Source of the DNA: an uncultured Gemmatimonadaceae bacterium
GTDB taxonomy: Bacteria > Gemmatimonadota > Gemmatimonadetes > Gemmatimonadales > Gemmatimonadaceae
Reading direction: 5' to 3'
Assembly: GCA_963829055.1 (NCBI GenBank)
Contig: CAWHHI010000001.1
Location: 1 to 31,223 of the forward strand
DNA length: 31,223 bases
Shown piece by piece: positions 20,694 through 29,738 of the stretch. A program made the translations under genes and the position numbers. Position 1 is the stretch's first letter, and each line of letters starts with the position of its first letter. The notes under the pieces are model-generated. The model searched no databases. It saw only the letters and a program-made list of their open reading frames with translations, and had not been told where the DNA came from.

Positions 20694-23600
20694 ATGCGTA
20701 ACGCCCTCCGCCTCGCGCTCGCCGCGACCGTCGCCGCCGCGCTCGTCATTCCCGAGACGAGCTCCGCGCAACGCGCCGAGTTGCCGCTCAAGCCCACGCG
20801 CACCGTCAAGTTCACGACCGACGAGGGCACGTGGATGTCGCTCGACGTCTCGCCCGATGGGCGGACGCTCGTCTTCGACCTCGCGGGCGACCTCTACACA
20901 CTGCCCGTCACCGGCGGCAAGGCCACGCGCATCACCGACGGTATGGCGTTCGACGCTCAGCCGCGCTGGTCAGTCGATGGGAAGAACATCGTGTACGTGA
21001 CCGACCGCGATGGCTCGGACGACGTCTGGGTCATCGACGCCGACGGGAAGAATCCGCGGCAGATCACGAAGACCGATCGCACACAGTTCCTCTCCCCCGA
21101 GTACACGCCGGACGGCAAGTACATCGTCGTCTCGCGGAACGCCGCGCTCTTCGGCACAGGGTACAACCTGTACATGTACCACAAGGACGGCGGCACCGGC
21201 GTGAAGATCACCGGCAACGCACCTGCCGGCGGCGCGCCCGCAGGTGGCCCGGGCGGTGGCGGCCCACAACGGAGCTACGTCGGCCCCGCGTTCGGCAAGG
21301 ATTCGCGTTATGTGTACGCCGCGTCGCGCAACGGGGGCGCCGCGGGCTACAACCAGACCAACTTCGACTGGACCATCGTCACCTACGACCGCGAGACCGG
21401 TGAGACGGCGCCCCGCGCGGCAGCACAGGGCGGCGCGTTCAAGCCCGTGCTGAGCCCGGACGGCAAGTGGCTCGTCTACGGCACACGCGCGGACACCGTC
21501 ACGTCGCTCCGCATCCGCGACATGGACTCGGGCGACGAGCACTGGCTCGTGCAGAACGTGCAGCGTGACGACATGGAGTCGCGGTTCACGCGCGACATCC
21601 TGCCTAACATGACGTTCTCGCCGGACTCGAAGTCGCTGTTCGCGGCGTGGAATGGCAAGATCCGTCGCGTCGACGTCGCCACCGGACGCCCGACAGAGAT
21701 CCCCTTCTCCGCCGACGTCGAACAGCAGCTCGGCGCACTCTCGAAGTTCGACTACCCGATCAACGACTCGACGCTCACCGTCGCGCAGATCCGCGGCGCG
21801 CGCCCATCGCCGGACGGCAAGCGGCTCGCGTTCACCGCGCTCGACAAGCTGTGGATCATGGATCTGCCGTCCGGTTCACCTAAACGCCTGACGCGTTCTC
21901 CGCACGAGACCGGCGAGCATTCACCCGTCTGGTCGCCTGACGGGCGCTATCTCACGTACCTCACGTGGACCGACCAGGGCGGCGACATCTACCGCATCGC
22001 TCCTGCCTCGCCTAACGCTACACCGGAACGCCTCACGCGGCAGACCGCGTTCTACACTGCCGTCAACTACACGCCGAACGGGCAGCGCCTGGTCGCCTAC
22101 AAATCGCCGCGGCAACCGCGTCTCGAGGAAGGCTTTCAGTACGGCAGCGAGCTCGTATGGCTGCCGGCGAATGGCGGGCCGACGACGTCCGTCGCGCCCG
22201 TGCCCGGCAATGCTGGCTTCCCACACTTCACGCGCAGCGACAACGACCGCGTCTATCTCACGCAGGGATCGACGGGCCTCGTATCCATGCGCTTCGACGG
22301 CACGGATCGCAAGACGCACATCAAGGTCACCGGCAATCCCGACTACCGTCAGACGACGCCGCAACCGCAGAACGCGTCGGAGATCCTGATCTCGCCTAAC
22401 GGCGATCGCGTGATGGCCGAGGTGGACGCGAACGTGTACGTGATGGATCTGCCGATCGTCGGCGGGCAGACGCCGACGGTCTCGGTCGTGAACGCGGCGC
22501 AGGCTGCCATTCCCGTCATGCGCCTGACGCGCATCGGCGGCGACTTCGTCGGCTGGCAGCCGGACGGCAATCACGTCTTCTTCTCGATCGGCCGGAGCTA
22601 CTTCAACTACGACCTCGTTCGCGCCGACTCCCTCGTGCGCGACTCGACCGTTCGCGCGGATTCGGTCAAGCGTGTCGCTGGCGCGGCCAACGCCGCACGT
22701 GACTCCGTGACCGCGGACAGCTCGCGGAATCACCCCGCCTACGAGCCGACACGGCTCGATGTCGCGATCACCGTCCCGGTCGACAAACCGCGAGGCCAGG
22801 TCGTCCTGCGCAACGCGCGCGTCATCACGATGAAGGGCGATGAGGTCATCGAGCGCGCCGACATTCTCGTGAAGGACAACCGCATCGCGGCCGTGGGCGC
22901 CGCCGGCACGGTGCAGGTGCCTAACGGGACACGCGAGATCGACGTTGCCGGTAAGACCATCCTCCCGGGCTTCGTCGACACGCACGCGCACATGTGGCCG
23001 GAGTGGGGGATCCATCGGTCGCAGGTGTGGATGTACATGGCGAACCTCGCCTACGGTGTCACCACCACGCGCGACCCGCAAACGTCCACGACCGACGTCC
23101 TGTCCTACGGCGACCTGGTCGAGACCGGCGACATTCTCGGACCGCGAATTTTCTCCACCGGGCCGGGCGTATTCTGGTACGACGACATCAAGAGCCTCGC
23201 CGACGCGCGCGACGTGCTGCGCCGCTACTCCGAGTTCTACCACACGAACACGATCAAGCAGTACATGGTCGGTGACCGGAAAGTGCGGCAGTGGGTCGTG
23301 ATGGCCGCGAGGGAGCTCGGCCTCTCACCGACGCTCGAGGGTGGCCTCGACATCAAGAAGAATCTCACGGAAGCGATGGACGGCTACGCGGGCAGCGAGC
23401 ATTCGTACCCGATCACGCCGCTGTTCAAGGACAACGTACAGGTGGTGGCCGAGAGCGGCATCACGTACACGCCGACGCTGATCGTGCTCTATGGTGGCCC
23501 GTGGGCGGAGAACTACTGGTACGAGCACTACGACATCACGAAGGACGAGAAGCTGAATCGCTTCACGCCGAAGAGCGAGATCCTCGACCGCGGGCTCCGC

Positions 23601-24062
23601 CGGCCCGGCTGGTGGCACGACAGCCAGTACGCACACCCGCTGTACGCGGCGCAGGCGAAGAAGATCATGGATGCGGGCGGGCGCGTAGGCGTCGGCAGCC
23701 ACGGCCAGCTGCAGGGCCTTGGCTACCACTGGGAGATGTGGAACATCGCGAGCGGCGGCGCCACGCCGATGCAGGTGCTGCGCGCGGCGACGATTCACGG
23801 CGCGGACGCGTTAGGTCACGCGAAGGACGTGGGGTCGATCGAGGTCGGCAAGCTCGCGGACCTGGTGGTGCTGGACGCGAACCCACTGGAGAACATCCGG
23901 AACACGAACTCGGTGCGGTTCGTGATGAAGAACGGCCGGATGTACGACGCGAACACGTTAGGCGAGACGTGGCCGCGGCAGAAGGCGATGGCGAAGCAGT
24001 GGTGGATGTACGACGATGTCCCGTCGGCACCGTCCGGCGGTTCGACGTCGCCTGAGCCGTAG
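20694..24062 (+). CDS. Secreted amidohydrolase family protein with N-terminal PD40/TolB-like beta-propellers
   Basis: Signal peptide; TDEGTWMSLDVSPDG and repeated SPDG blades; GKTILPGFVDTHAH metal site; YGVTTTRDP; GSIEVGKLADLVVLDANPL. Confidence 0.93.
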   Translation: MRNALRLALAATVAAALVIPETSSAQRAELPLKPTRTVKFTTDEGTWMSLDVSPDGRTLVFDLAGDLYTLPVTGGKATRITDGMAFDAQPRWSVDGKNIVYVTDRDGSDDVWVIDADGKNPRQITKTDRTQFLSPEYTPDGKYIVVSRNAALFGTGYNLYMYHKDGGTGVKITGNAPAGGAPAGGPGGGGPQRSYVGPAFGKDSRYVYAASRNGGAAGYNQTNFDWTIVTYDRETGETAPRAAAQGGAFKPVLSPDGKWLVYGTRADTVTSLRIRDMDSGDEHWLVQNVQRDDMESRFTRDILPNMTFSPDSKSLFAAWNGKIRRVDVATGRPTEIPFSADVEQQLGALSKFDYPINDSTLTVAQIRGARPSPDGKRLAFTALDKLWIMDLPSGSPKRLTRSPHETGEHSPVWSPDGRYLTYLTWTDQGGDIYRIAPASPNATPERLTRQTAFYTAVNYTPNGQRLVAYKSPRQPRLEEGFQYGSELVWLPANGGPTTSVAPVPGNAGFPHFTRSDNDRVYLTQGSTGLVSMRFDGTDRKTHIKVTGNPDYRQTTPQPQNASEILISPNGDRVMAEVDANVYVMDLPIVGGQTPTVSVVNAAQAAIPVMRLTRIGGDFVGWQPDGNHVFFSIGRSYFNYDLVRADSLVRDSTVRADSVKRVAGAANAARDSVTADSSRNHPAYEPTRLDVAITVPVDKPRGQVVLRNARVITMKGDEVIERADILVKDNRIAAVGAAGTVQVPNGTREIDVAGKTILPGFVDTHAHMWPEWGIHRSQVWMYMANLAYGVTTTRDPQTSTTDVLSYGDLVETGDILGPRIFSTGPGVFWYDDIKSLADARDVLRRYSEFYHTNTIKQYMVGDRKVRQWVVMAARELGLSPTLEGGLDIKKNLTEAMDGYAGSEHSYPITPLFKDNVQVVAESGITYTPTLIVLYGGPWAENYWYEHYDITKDEKLNRFTPKSEILDRGLRRPGWWHDSQYAHPLYAAQAKKIMDAGGRVGVGSHGQLQGLGYHWEMWNIASGGATPMQVLRAATIHGADALGHAKDVGSIEVGKLADLVVLDANPLENIRNTNSVRFVMKNGRMYDANTLGETWPRQKAMAKQWWMYDDVPSAPSGGSTSPEP

Positions 24063-24068
24063 GGCTGG

Positions 24069-24308
24069 GCTGGGTGCTGGCTCGCTGCATCTGACGATCG
24101 GGATCGCTGTCTTGTCGGCGGGGGTGTCGCGTCTCCGGCGCCGTAGGCGCTTACACGCCCTGAGCCGACGGGTACCGAACTCCGTGTACGGCTGGCTGGC
24201 TCGGCCCCCTCGTCTCGGGGCTACGCGCCAACGGCTCCTACGACGCGACACCCCCGCCTCCTGGTACGCATCCCGAACCTCAGGGCCGAACAGCGAGCAG
24301 CACCCAGC
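24069..24308 (-). repeat. Structured repeat module, copy 1, within a long fold-back
   Basis: Perfect 17-bp arms ggcgggggtgtcgcgtc / gacgcgacacccccgcc (24117-24133 / 24242-24258) enclose a core that is the near reverse complement of 24478-24586. Outer arms are gctgggtgct..ctcgctg / cagcgag.agcacccagc. Strand is inferred. Confidence 0.75.
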
Positions 24309-24463
24309 AAGTCCGTGACCCACGCTCGGCGGCGTCTGCCGAACGGCGGCACCGAGGCGTGGGCGCGCGCACTTGCTGCGCGCTGGTTGCTCGCGCGCTC
24401 GCGGCGGTCGCGATGCGTGCCGGTGACGAGCGGCCGGCCACGCGAGCGCGCCATGACCGTGGG

Positions 24464-24600
24464 GCGCGGGCGCTCGGCGTAGGGGGCCTCGCGCGTAGCC
24501 CCGAGACAACGGGGCCGAGCCACTCTGCCGTACGACGGAGTCCGGTACCCGTTGGCTCGAGGCGTGTAAGCGCGTGGCCACCGGAGCCGAGTGCCCGCGC
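24464..24600 (+). repeat. Structured repeat module, copy 2
   Basis: 15-bp arms gcgcgggcgctcggc / gccgagtgcccgcgc (one G-U) enclose the conserved core gcgcgtagccccgagac..ggggccgagcc..gccgtac.acggagt.cggtacccgt.ggctc..ggcgtgtaagcgc. Confidence 0.75.
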
Positions 24601-24746
24601 CTAGCGCCGCGATGATCTCGACCGGCCCCGCCGCGCGCATGATGCAAGAGCGAGCAGCACAGCAGCAGCCAGCAGCCCTGCTCTCGCCGCAACGGAATCG
24701 CGCGGTATGTTCTGTCCAGCAACCCGCCCTCCAACTGCCGAACACC

Positions 24747-25732
24747 ATGCACACGCTGACCCCGACACCGTTCGATCTGGCGCGACGGAGAGTTCGTCCG
24801 CTGGGAAGACGCGAACGTCCACGTCCTCTCCCACTCGATGCAGTACGGATCCGCCGCCTTCGAAGGCATCCGCTGCTACGACACCCCGCGCGGACCCGCC
24901 ATCTTCCGCCTCGACGCCCACCTCCAGCGGCTCGTGATCTCGTGCCGCATCTATCGGATGGACGCTCGCCTACTCCGTCGACGAGCTCGTCGTCGCCTGC
25001 TGCGAGCTCGTCGAGCCGCAACGGGCTCGACGCCTGCTACATCCGCCCGATGGTCCTTCGCGGCTACGGCGCGTCGAGCATGATCCCGTTCGCGAGCCCC
25101 GTCCACGTCTACCTCCCCTGCTGGCCGTGGGGCGCCTACCTCGGCGAAGGCGCACTGGAGAACGGCGTCGACGCGTGCGTGTCCTCCTGGCAGCGCGTCG
25201 CGCCGAACACGATCCCCGCCATCGCGAAGATCGCCGGCAACTACCTGAGCAGCCAGCTCATCAAGATGGAAGCGCTCGCCAACGGCTTCCAGGAAGCCAT
25301 CGCGCTCGGCGACGGACGGCACTGCTGAGCGAAGGGTCGGGACAGAACGTCTTCGTCGTCTCGGGCGGAACCGCTCTACACGCCGCCCATCAACGGAACG
25401 CTGCTCGCCGGCATCACGCGCGACAGCATCCTGAGCCTCGCGGGTGACCTCGGCATCCCAGTGCGCGAGCAGCCGATCCCGCGCGAGATGCTGTACGGCG
25501 CGGACGAGATCTTCCTCACCGGGAACGGCGTCCGAAGTGACGCCGGTGCGCAGCGTCGACAGGATCACGATCGGACGCGGCCGCCGAGGCCCGATCACGG
25601 AGCAGGTGCAGCGTCGCTTCCTCGACGTCGTGAACGGCCGAGTGGACGATACGCACGGCTGGCTCACGCACGTGCGCGATCACGTGAAGAGTCGTCGCCG
25701 CGGGACCCGCGTGCGGCCGAGCGAGCCAGTAG
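24747..25732 (+). CDS. ilvE: Branched-chain amino acid aminotransferase (multiple frameshifts)
   Basis: [35 protein letters not shown] (PLP lysine), [34 protein letters not shown]. Split over several frames; the end is approximate. Confidence 0.92.
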
Positions 25733-25740
25733 CGGAGCAT

Positions 25741-25851
25741 GTCATTCCGAGCGAGCGAAGCGAGTCGAGGATCGGCGTCCCGGTAGAGGGCCCTCTGCGG
25801 CGACGGTTCGCGCGACTGCGCGGGCGCCGCCTCGGCACCGCTCGGACTGAC
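25741..25851. repeat. Degenerate palindromic REP/MITE-like element
   Basis: gtcattccgagcgagcgaagcgagtcgagga..cccggtagagggccctct matches the reverse complement of 16994-17120. Ends cgctcggactgac. Confidence 0.85.
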
Positions 25852-25869
25852 CGTCGCTGCTGCACGACC

Positions 25870-27430
25870 CGCTCGATTCCCGGACCCGTCGACCGGGTCC
25901 ACTTCGAGGACGAGCAGCGACGCTACCGGCGGAAGAGCTGGCGCTTCTCCGTCTTCGCCGCATTCGCCGCGCGTGCACGACCGGCATCCCCGCCTGCGTC
26001 ATCGTGACGCCGCTCATCTACGCGTTCGCGCTGCTCGTCGCCTACATCATCAACGCCATCTCGCCGCTCTCGCCGGCACCTGGACGTCGCTCGCAGACGC
26101 TCGTCCGAGGCGATCCCGCGCGCCGTCGAAGCCATGGACGACGGCAGCGACGCAGCGTGACATCGCACGCGTCGCGGCTCGGTATCGCCGTGCTCGTCGT
26201 CCCCGGCGCCATCGCGATGCTCGCGATGTGGATCGCCGTGCGCGGGCTCGTGGGACGAGTCGGCGTCGGCTGGTCGCTCGACCGCATCGGTGCCCGGCGC
26301 TCAAGCCGCGCGACCAGGAGGAACAGCAGCTCCGCAATCTCGTCGAGGAGATGGCCATCGCCGCGGGCGTGAAGCCGCCGCGTGTTCTGCTCATCGACAC
26401 GACGGAGACGAACGCGGCGATCACCGGCCTCGAGCTTCGACGACTCGACCATTCTCGTGACGCGCGGGCTGCTCGACACGCTCGATCGCGACGAGACACA
26501 GGCCGTCATCGCGCACCTCATCGGGTCCGTCGGCAACGGCGACCTGCGCATCGCGTCCATCATCTTCTCGATCTACCAGACGTGGGGCGCGCTGGCACTC
26601 GCGCTCAACGCGCCGGTCGAAACGACGCGCGCGCAAGGCGATGTGGCGCGCGTTCAAGGTCGCGTTCCGGTCGCAGAAGCGCGAAGTCGATCGATGGGAA
26701 GCCGAGTTCGTGAGCGATGCGCTGTTGCGCGGCGCGACCAACGAAGACGCCGACCCCACCGACATCGGCGAGCGCGTCATGTCGCATCGTCCGACTCGGG
26801 CCGGGCGCCACCGGCGAACCCAATTTCTTCGAGAAGGCCTACGTGATGGCGATGCTGCCGTTCATCCTCGGCGCGCAGGTCGTTCGGTTCGCCATCTTCA
26901 TCTCGTCCGTCGTGCTCGTCGGGCCGATCGTGTCGTTCATGTGGCGCACGCGGCGCCACCTCGCGGACGCGATGGCCGTGCAGCTCACGCGCTACCCCGA
27001 CGGGCTCGTTCGCGCGCTGCACAAGCTCAGCATCTCGCCCGCGTCGAGCGTGAAGGGTGCCGGCGGACTCGCGTTCCTGTTCGTCGTCTGGCCGGCAGCA
27101 CGAGCGGCAACGACGCCGTGATCGGGCAGTTCGCCCGCATGCACCCCAAGCTCCACAAGCGACAGCGCCGGCTCCGCGCGCTCGGCGCGACGAACGTGTC
27201 GGACGCGCAGGCGTCGGCGGAGCGATGGACGCCCGGCAAGTGGTTCGGCGTCATCCTGCTCACGGTGCTGATCGGCCCGCTCATGGCGGTCGCACTCGGC
27301 GTGTCGATCGTCGTGCTCGGGATGCTGACCATGCTGACCCTCGATGATCATGATGGTGCTGATGTTCGCCGTGTGGGGCGGACTCAAGCTCGTGTTCATC
27401 GTCATCCCGGCCTGGATCGCGAAGCGCTGA
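25870..27430 (+). CDS. M48/HtpX-like membrane protein with degenerate zinc site (multiple frameshifts; start approximate)
   Basis: QLRNLVEEMAIAAGVKPPRV...NAA, VTRGLLDTLDRDETQAVIAH, ADAMAVQLTRYPDGLVRALHKL, MHP; several TM segments; TGA at 27428-27430. Confidence 0.8.
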
Positions 27431-27649
27431 CGACCAGACCAGCTCCATCACTTCGCCCCAAAACCCCACCAATTCGCCACACGCGCGCGCCAGCGCGCTG
27501 CATCCGGCACTTGTCCGCCCAGCGCGTTCCGCGAGTCATTCCCGCGAATTCGCCAGCCGCTTATTCGACTGCATGGAGAGCTGACCGATGATCGCAGGGC
27601 TTTGGATCCGCGAAGTGGTCACTCGAGACGTCGTCCTTCGAGATGTCGT

Positions 27650-29518
27650 CGTCGAGATGTCGTTCGACGCGCGCTCGCGTTCGGATTCATCTGTCGGCCG
27701 TCACCGCGTCCGCGTGCACGAGAGCGACGCGGCTCAGAGTGCGCAGGCACGCGACGTCGCGATGTTCCGCGGCGGCGCCACGCGCAGCGGCGTGTACGCC
27801 GCGCTCGCCCGGACAAGGCGCTCGCGGGCCTGCAGTGGCGCTTCCTGACCGAAGGCGACGTCGTCTCATCGCCCACGGTACTCGGCCAGACCGTGTACGT
27901 CGGAAGCGGCGACGGTCACCTGTACGCGCTCGATCGCACCACCGGTACGCAAGAAGTGGGCGTTCGACGCGGGCAATCCGATCCCCTCTTCGCCCGCGGT
28001 CGGCGGCGGCGCCGTGTACTTCGGCACCCGCGACGGCGAGTTCTTCGCCGTCGATGCCGCGACCGGGCAAGCAGCGCTGGACGTTCACGACCGGGCGCGC
28101 TCATGCCGTGGCCGTGGGGTCACGAGAGTGGTGACGTCTACACGTCGTCGCCGGCGTTCGCGAACGGGCACGGTGTTCTTCGGCGCCGGCGATGGTCGCG
28201 TGTACGCGGTCGATGCCGCGACCGGGAAGGAGAAGTGGCACGGCGCAGACCGAGGGTCGCGTGCGCGCGTCGCCGGCGGTCGACGCATCGCGCGTGTACG
28301 TCGGCTCGGCCGACGGTCGCGTGTACGCGTTCGATCGCGCGACCGGCGCGCTCGAGATGGAAGTTCGAGACGGAGGGCGTGAAGCTCGAATCCGGGCAAC
28401 TTCGGCTTCGACCGCCGCACCGTGCAGTCGTCACCCTCGGTGAGCAACGGGACGGTGTTCGTCGGCGCGCGCGACGGATGGATCTACGCGATCGATGCCG
28501 CGATCGGGGACGGAGCAGATGGCGCTTCGACCACAAGGTCTCGTGGATCAACACGTCGCCGGCCGTGGTCGATGGCGTCGTGTACGCAGGCAGCTCGGAC
28601 GCGCAGTTCGTTCAGGCGCTGGACGCCGCGACCGGCAAGGAGCTCTGGCGCACGACGACGGGCATGACGTGGTCGTCGCCCGCCGTCGCGGGCGACATGA
28701 TCTACGCCGGCGACGGCCAGGGCCGCGTGAACGCGATCGACCGGAAGTCCGGCAAGCTGCTGTGGAGCTTCCGCACCGGCGAGCACGGTGTACTCGTCGC
28801 CGACGCCGTCCGGGCGATCTGGTGTTCGTCGGCAGCACGGACGGCGGCGTGTACGCGCTGCGCGTGTCGCCGACGCCCGTGCATCGCGCCGTGTTCTTCG
28901 ACTCCGCGTACATCAAAGTCGGCGATCGGTTCCGGACCCGGTGCTGCTGTCGCGCTACTTCGCGAACCGCGGCTACCAGGTGCTGGACGAGAAGGCGTTA
29001 GGCGAGTTCCTGCCAGGCCCGCATCGCCGACAGGGAGCCGAGCGTGCTTGGTGTTCGCGGTCGATCACGTGCCGCCGCCGGCGGTGGACACGAGCGCCGT
29101 TCGAGCGGTCGCCGCTGCGCCGCTATCTCGATGCCGGTGGGAAGGTCGTGTGGCCGGGGATTCCGCCGGTGCTCTTTCCTCGCGATCCGAAGACGGGGAC
29201 ATCCCTGGCGGGCTCTCGTCGCTCAAGTGGGGCAACGCGACGAAGTTGTTAGGCGTGCCGCACGAGGCGGCGATGTTCGACCAGCGCGGCGTGCGCGCGA
29301 CGGACGCCGGCAGGCAGTGGGGCCTTCAGACGCGCTGGCGTACCGGCTGGGGGATCGACCCCGACAAGTCGATCACGGTGCTGGGCCTCGACGAATTCGG
29401 CCTCGCGTCGGCGTGGGTCAAACGCTACGGCGGACCGGAGGGCACGGGCTTCGTCCGCGTCCCGCCGGATGACATGATGACGATGTTCCTGGCCGCCGAG
29501 TACCGTCCTAGCAAATAG
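27650..29518 (+). CDS. PQQ-binding-like (BamB-type) beta-propeller protein (many frameshifts; start approximate)
   Basis: MFRGGATRSG leader and repeated SSP.V...VYVGS.DG..YA.D..TG...W blades across ORFs 27602..29518, 28014, 28192, 28422 and 28788. Confidence 0.88.
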   Translation, partial: RRDVVRRALAFGFICRPSPRPRARERRGSECAGTRRRDVPRRRHAQRRVRRARPDKALAGLQWRFLTEGDVVSSPTVLGQTVYVGSGDGHLYALDRTTGTQEVGVRRGQSDPLFARGRRRRRVLRHPRRRVLRRRCRDRASSAGRSRPGALMPWPWGHESGDVYTSSPAFANGHGVLRRRRWSRVRGRCRDREGEVARRRPRVACARRRRSTHRACTSARPTVACTRSIARPARSRWKFETEGVKLESGQLRLRPPHRAVVTLGEQRDGVRRRARRMDLRDRCRDRGRSRWRFDHKVSWINTSPAVVDGVVYAGSSDAQFVQALDAATGKELWRTTTGMTWSSPAVAGDMIYAGDGQGRVNAIDRKSGKLLWSFRTGEHGVLVADAVRAIWCSSAARTAACTRCACRRRPCIAPCSSTPRTSKSAIGSGPGAAVALLREPRLPGAGREGVRRVPARPASPTGSRACLVFAVDHVPPPAVDTSAVRAVAAAPLSRCRWEGRVAGDSAGALSSRSEDGDIPGGLSSLKWGNATKLLGVPHEAAMFDQRGVRATDAGRQWGLQTRWRTGWGIDPDKSITVLGLDEFGLASAWVKRYGGPEGTGFVRVPPDDMMTMFLAAEYRPSK

Positions 29519-29551
29519 GGCGTGGCCCAATCGACGCAATGGGTCATTGGG

Positions 29552-29664
29552 GTAATTGAGTCAGACTCGATTCTCATCATTCTGTTGCTACGTAATTGGG
29601 GTCAGACTCAGCTGACCCGTGTAGGTAAGGGGTCAGACTCGAGTCTGACCCCACACTGACCCCT
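29552..29664. repeat. Cluster of GGGGTCAGACTC units including a perfect 24-bp palindrome
   Basis: gtaattgagtcagactc (29552-29568), gtaattggggtcagactc (29592-29609), ggggtcagactcgagtctgacccc (29629-29652) and an extra ctgacccc. Confidence 0.85.
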
Positions 29665-29738
29665 GCCCGACCCCGATCATTGGACCGGCCTAACGAGATC
29701 GCACGTTGCGATCGCGGCCTCCGCCACGTCCCTGCAAC

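Noticed and set aside
17359..23243. Long antisense ORFs (17359..19008, 21921..23243 and similar)
   Set aside because: Typical high-GC shadow frames opposite well-supported genes, with no recognisable motifs.
25444..26007. ORF joining the ilvE C-terminus, the repeat and the M48 N-terminus
   Set aside because: It lies in the most error-rich zone; read-through is probably an indel artefact.
2534..29518. Split genes as true pseudogenes or programmed frameshifts
   Set aside because: Scattered single-base indels without evident slippery sites, with motifs preserved; sequencing error is more parsimonious.
29552..29664. Mini CRISPR array
   Set aside because: Units are only about 17 bp, degenerate and in mixed orientation, and there are no cas genes.
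633..29694. GTTAGG copies as telomeric or eukaryotic contamination
   Set aside because: Copies are isolated, never tandem, embedded in bacterial codons, and none extends to TTAGGG.
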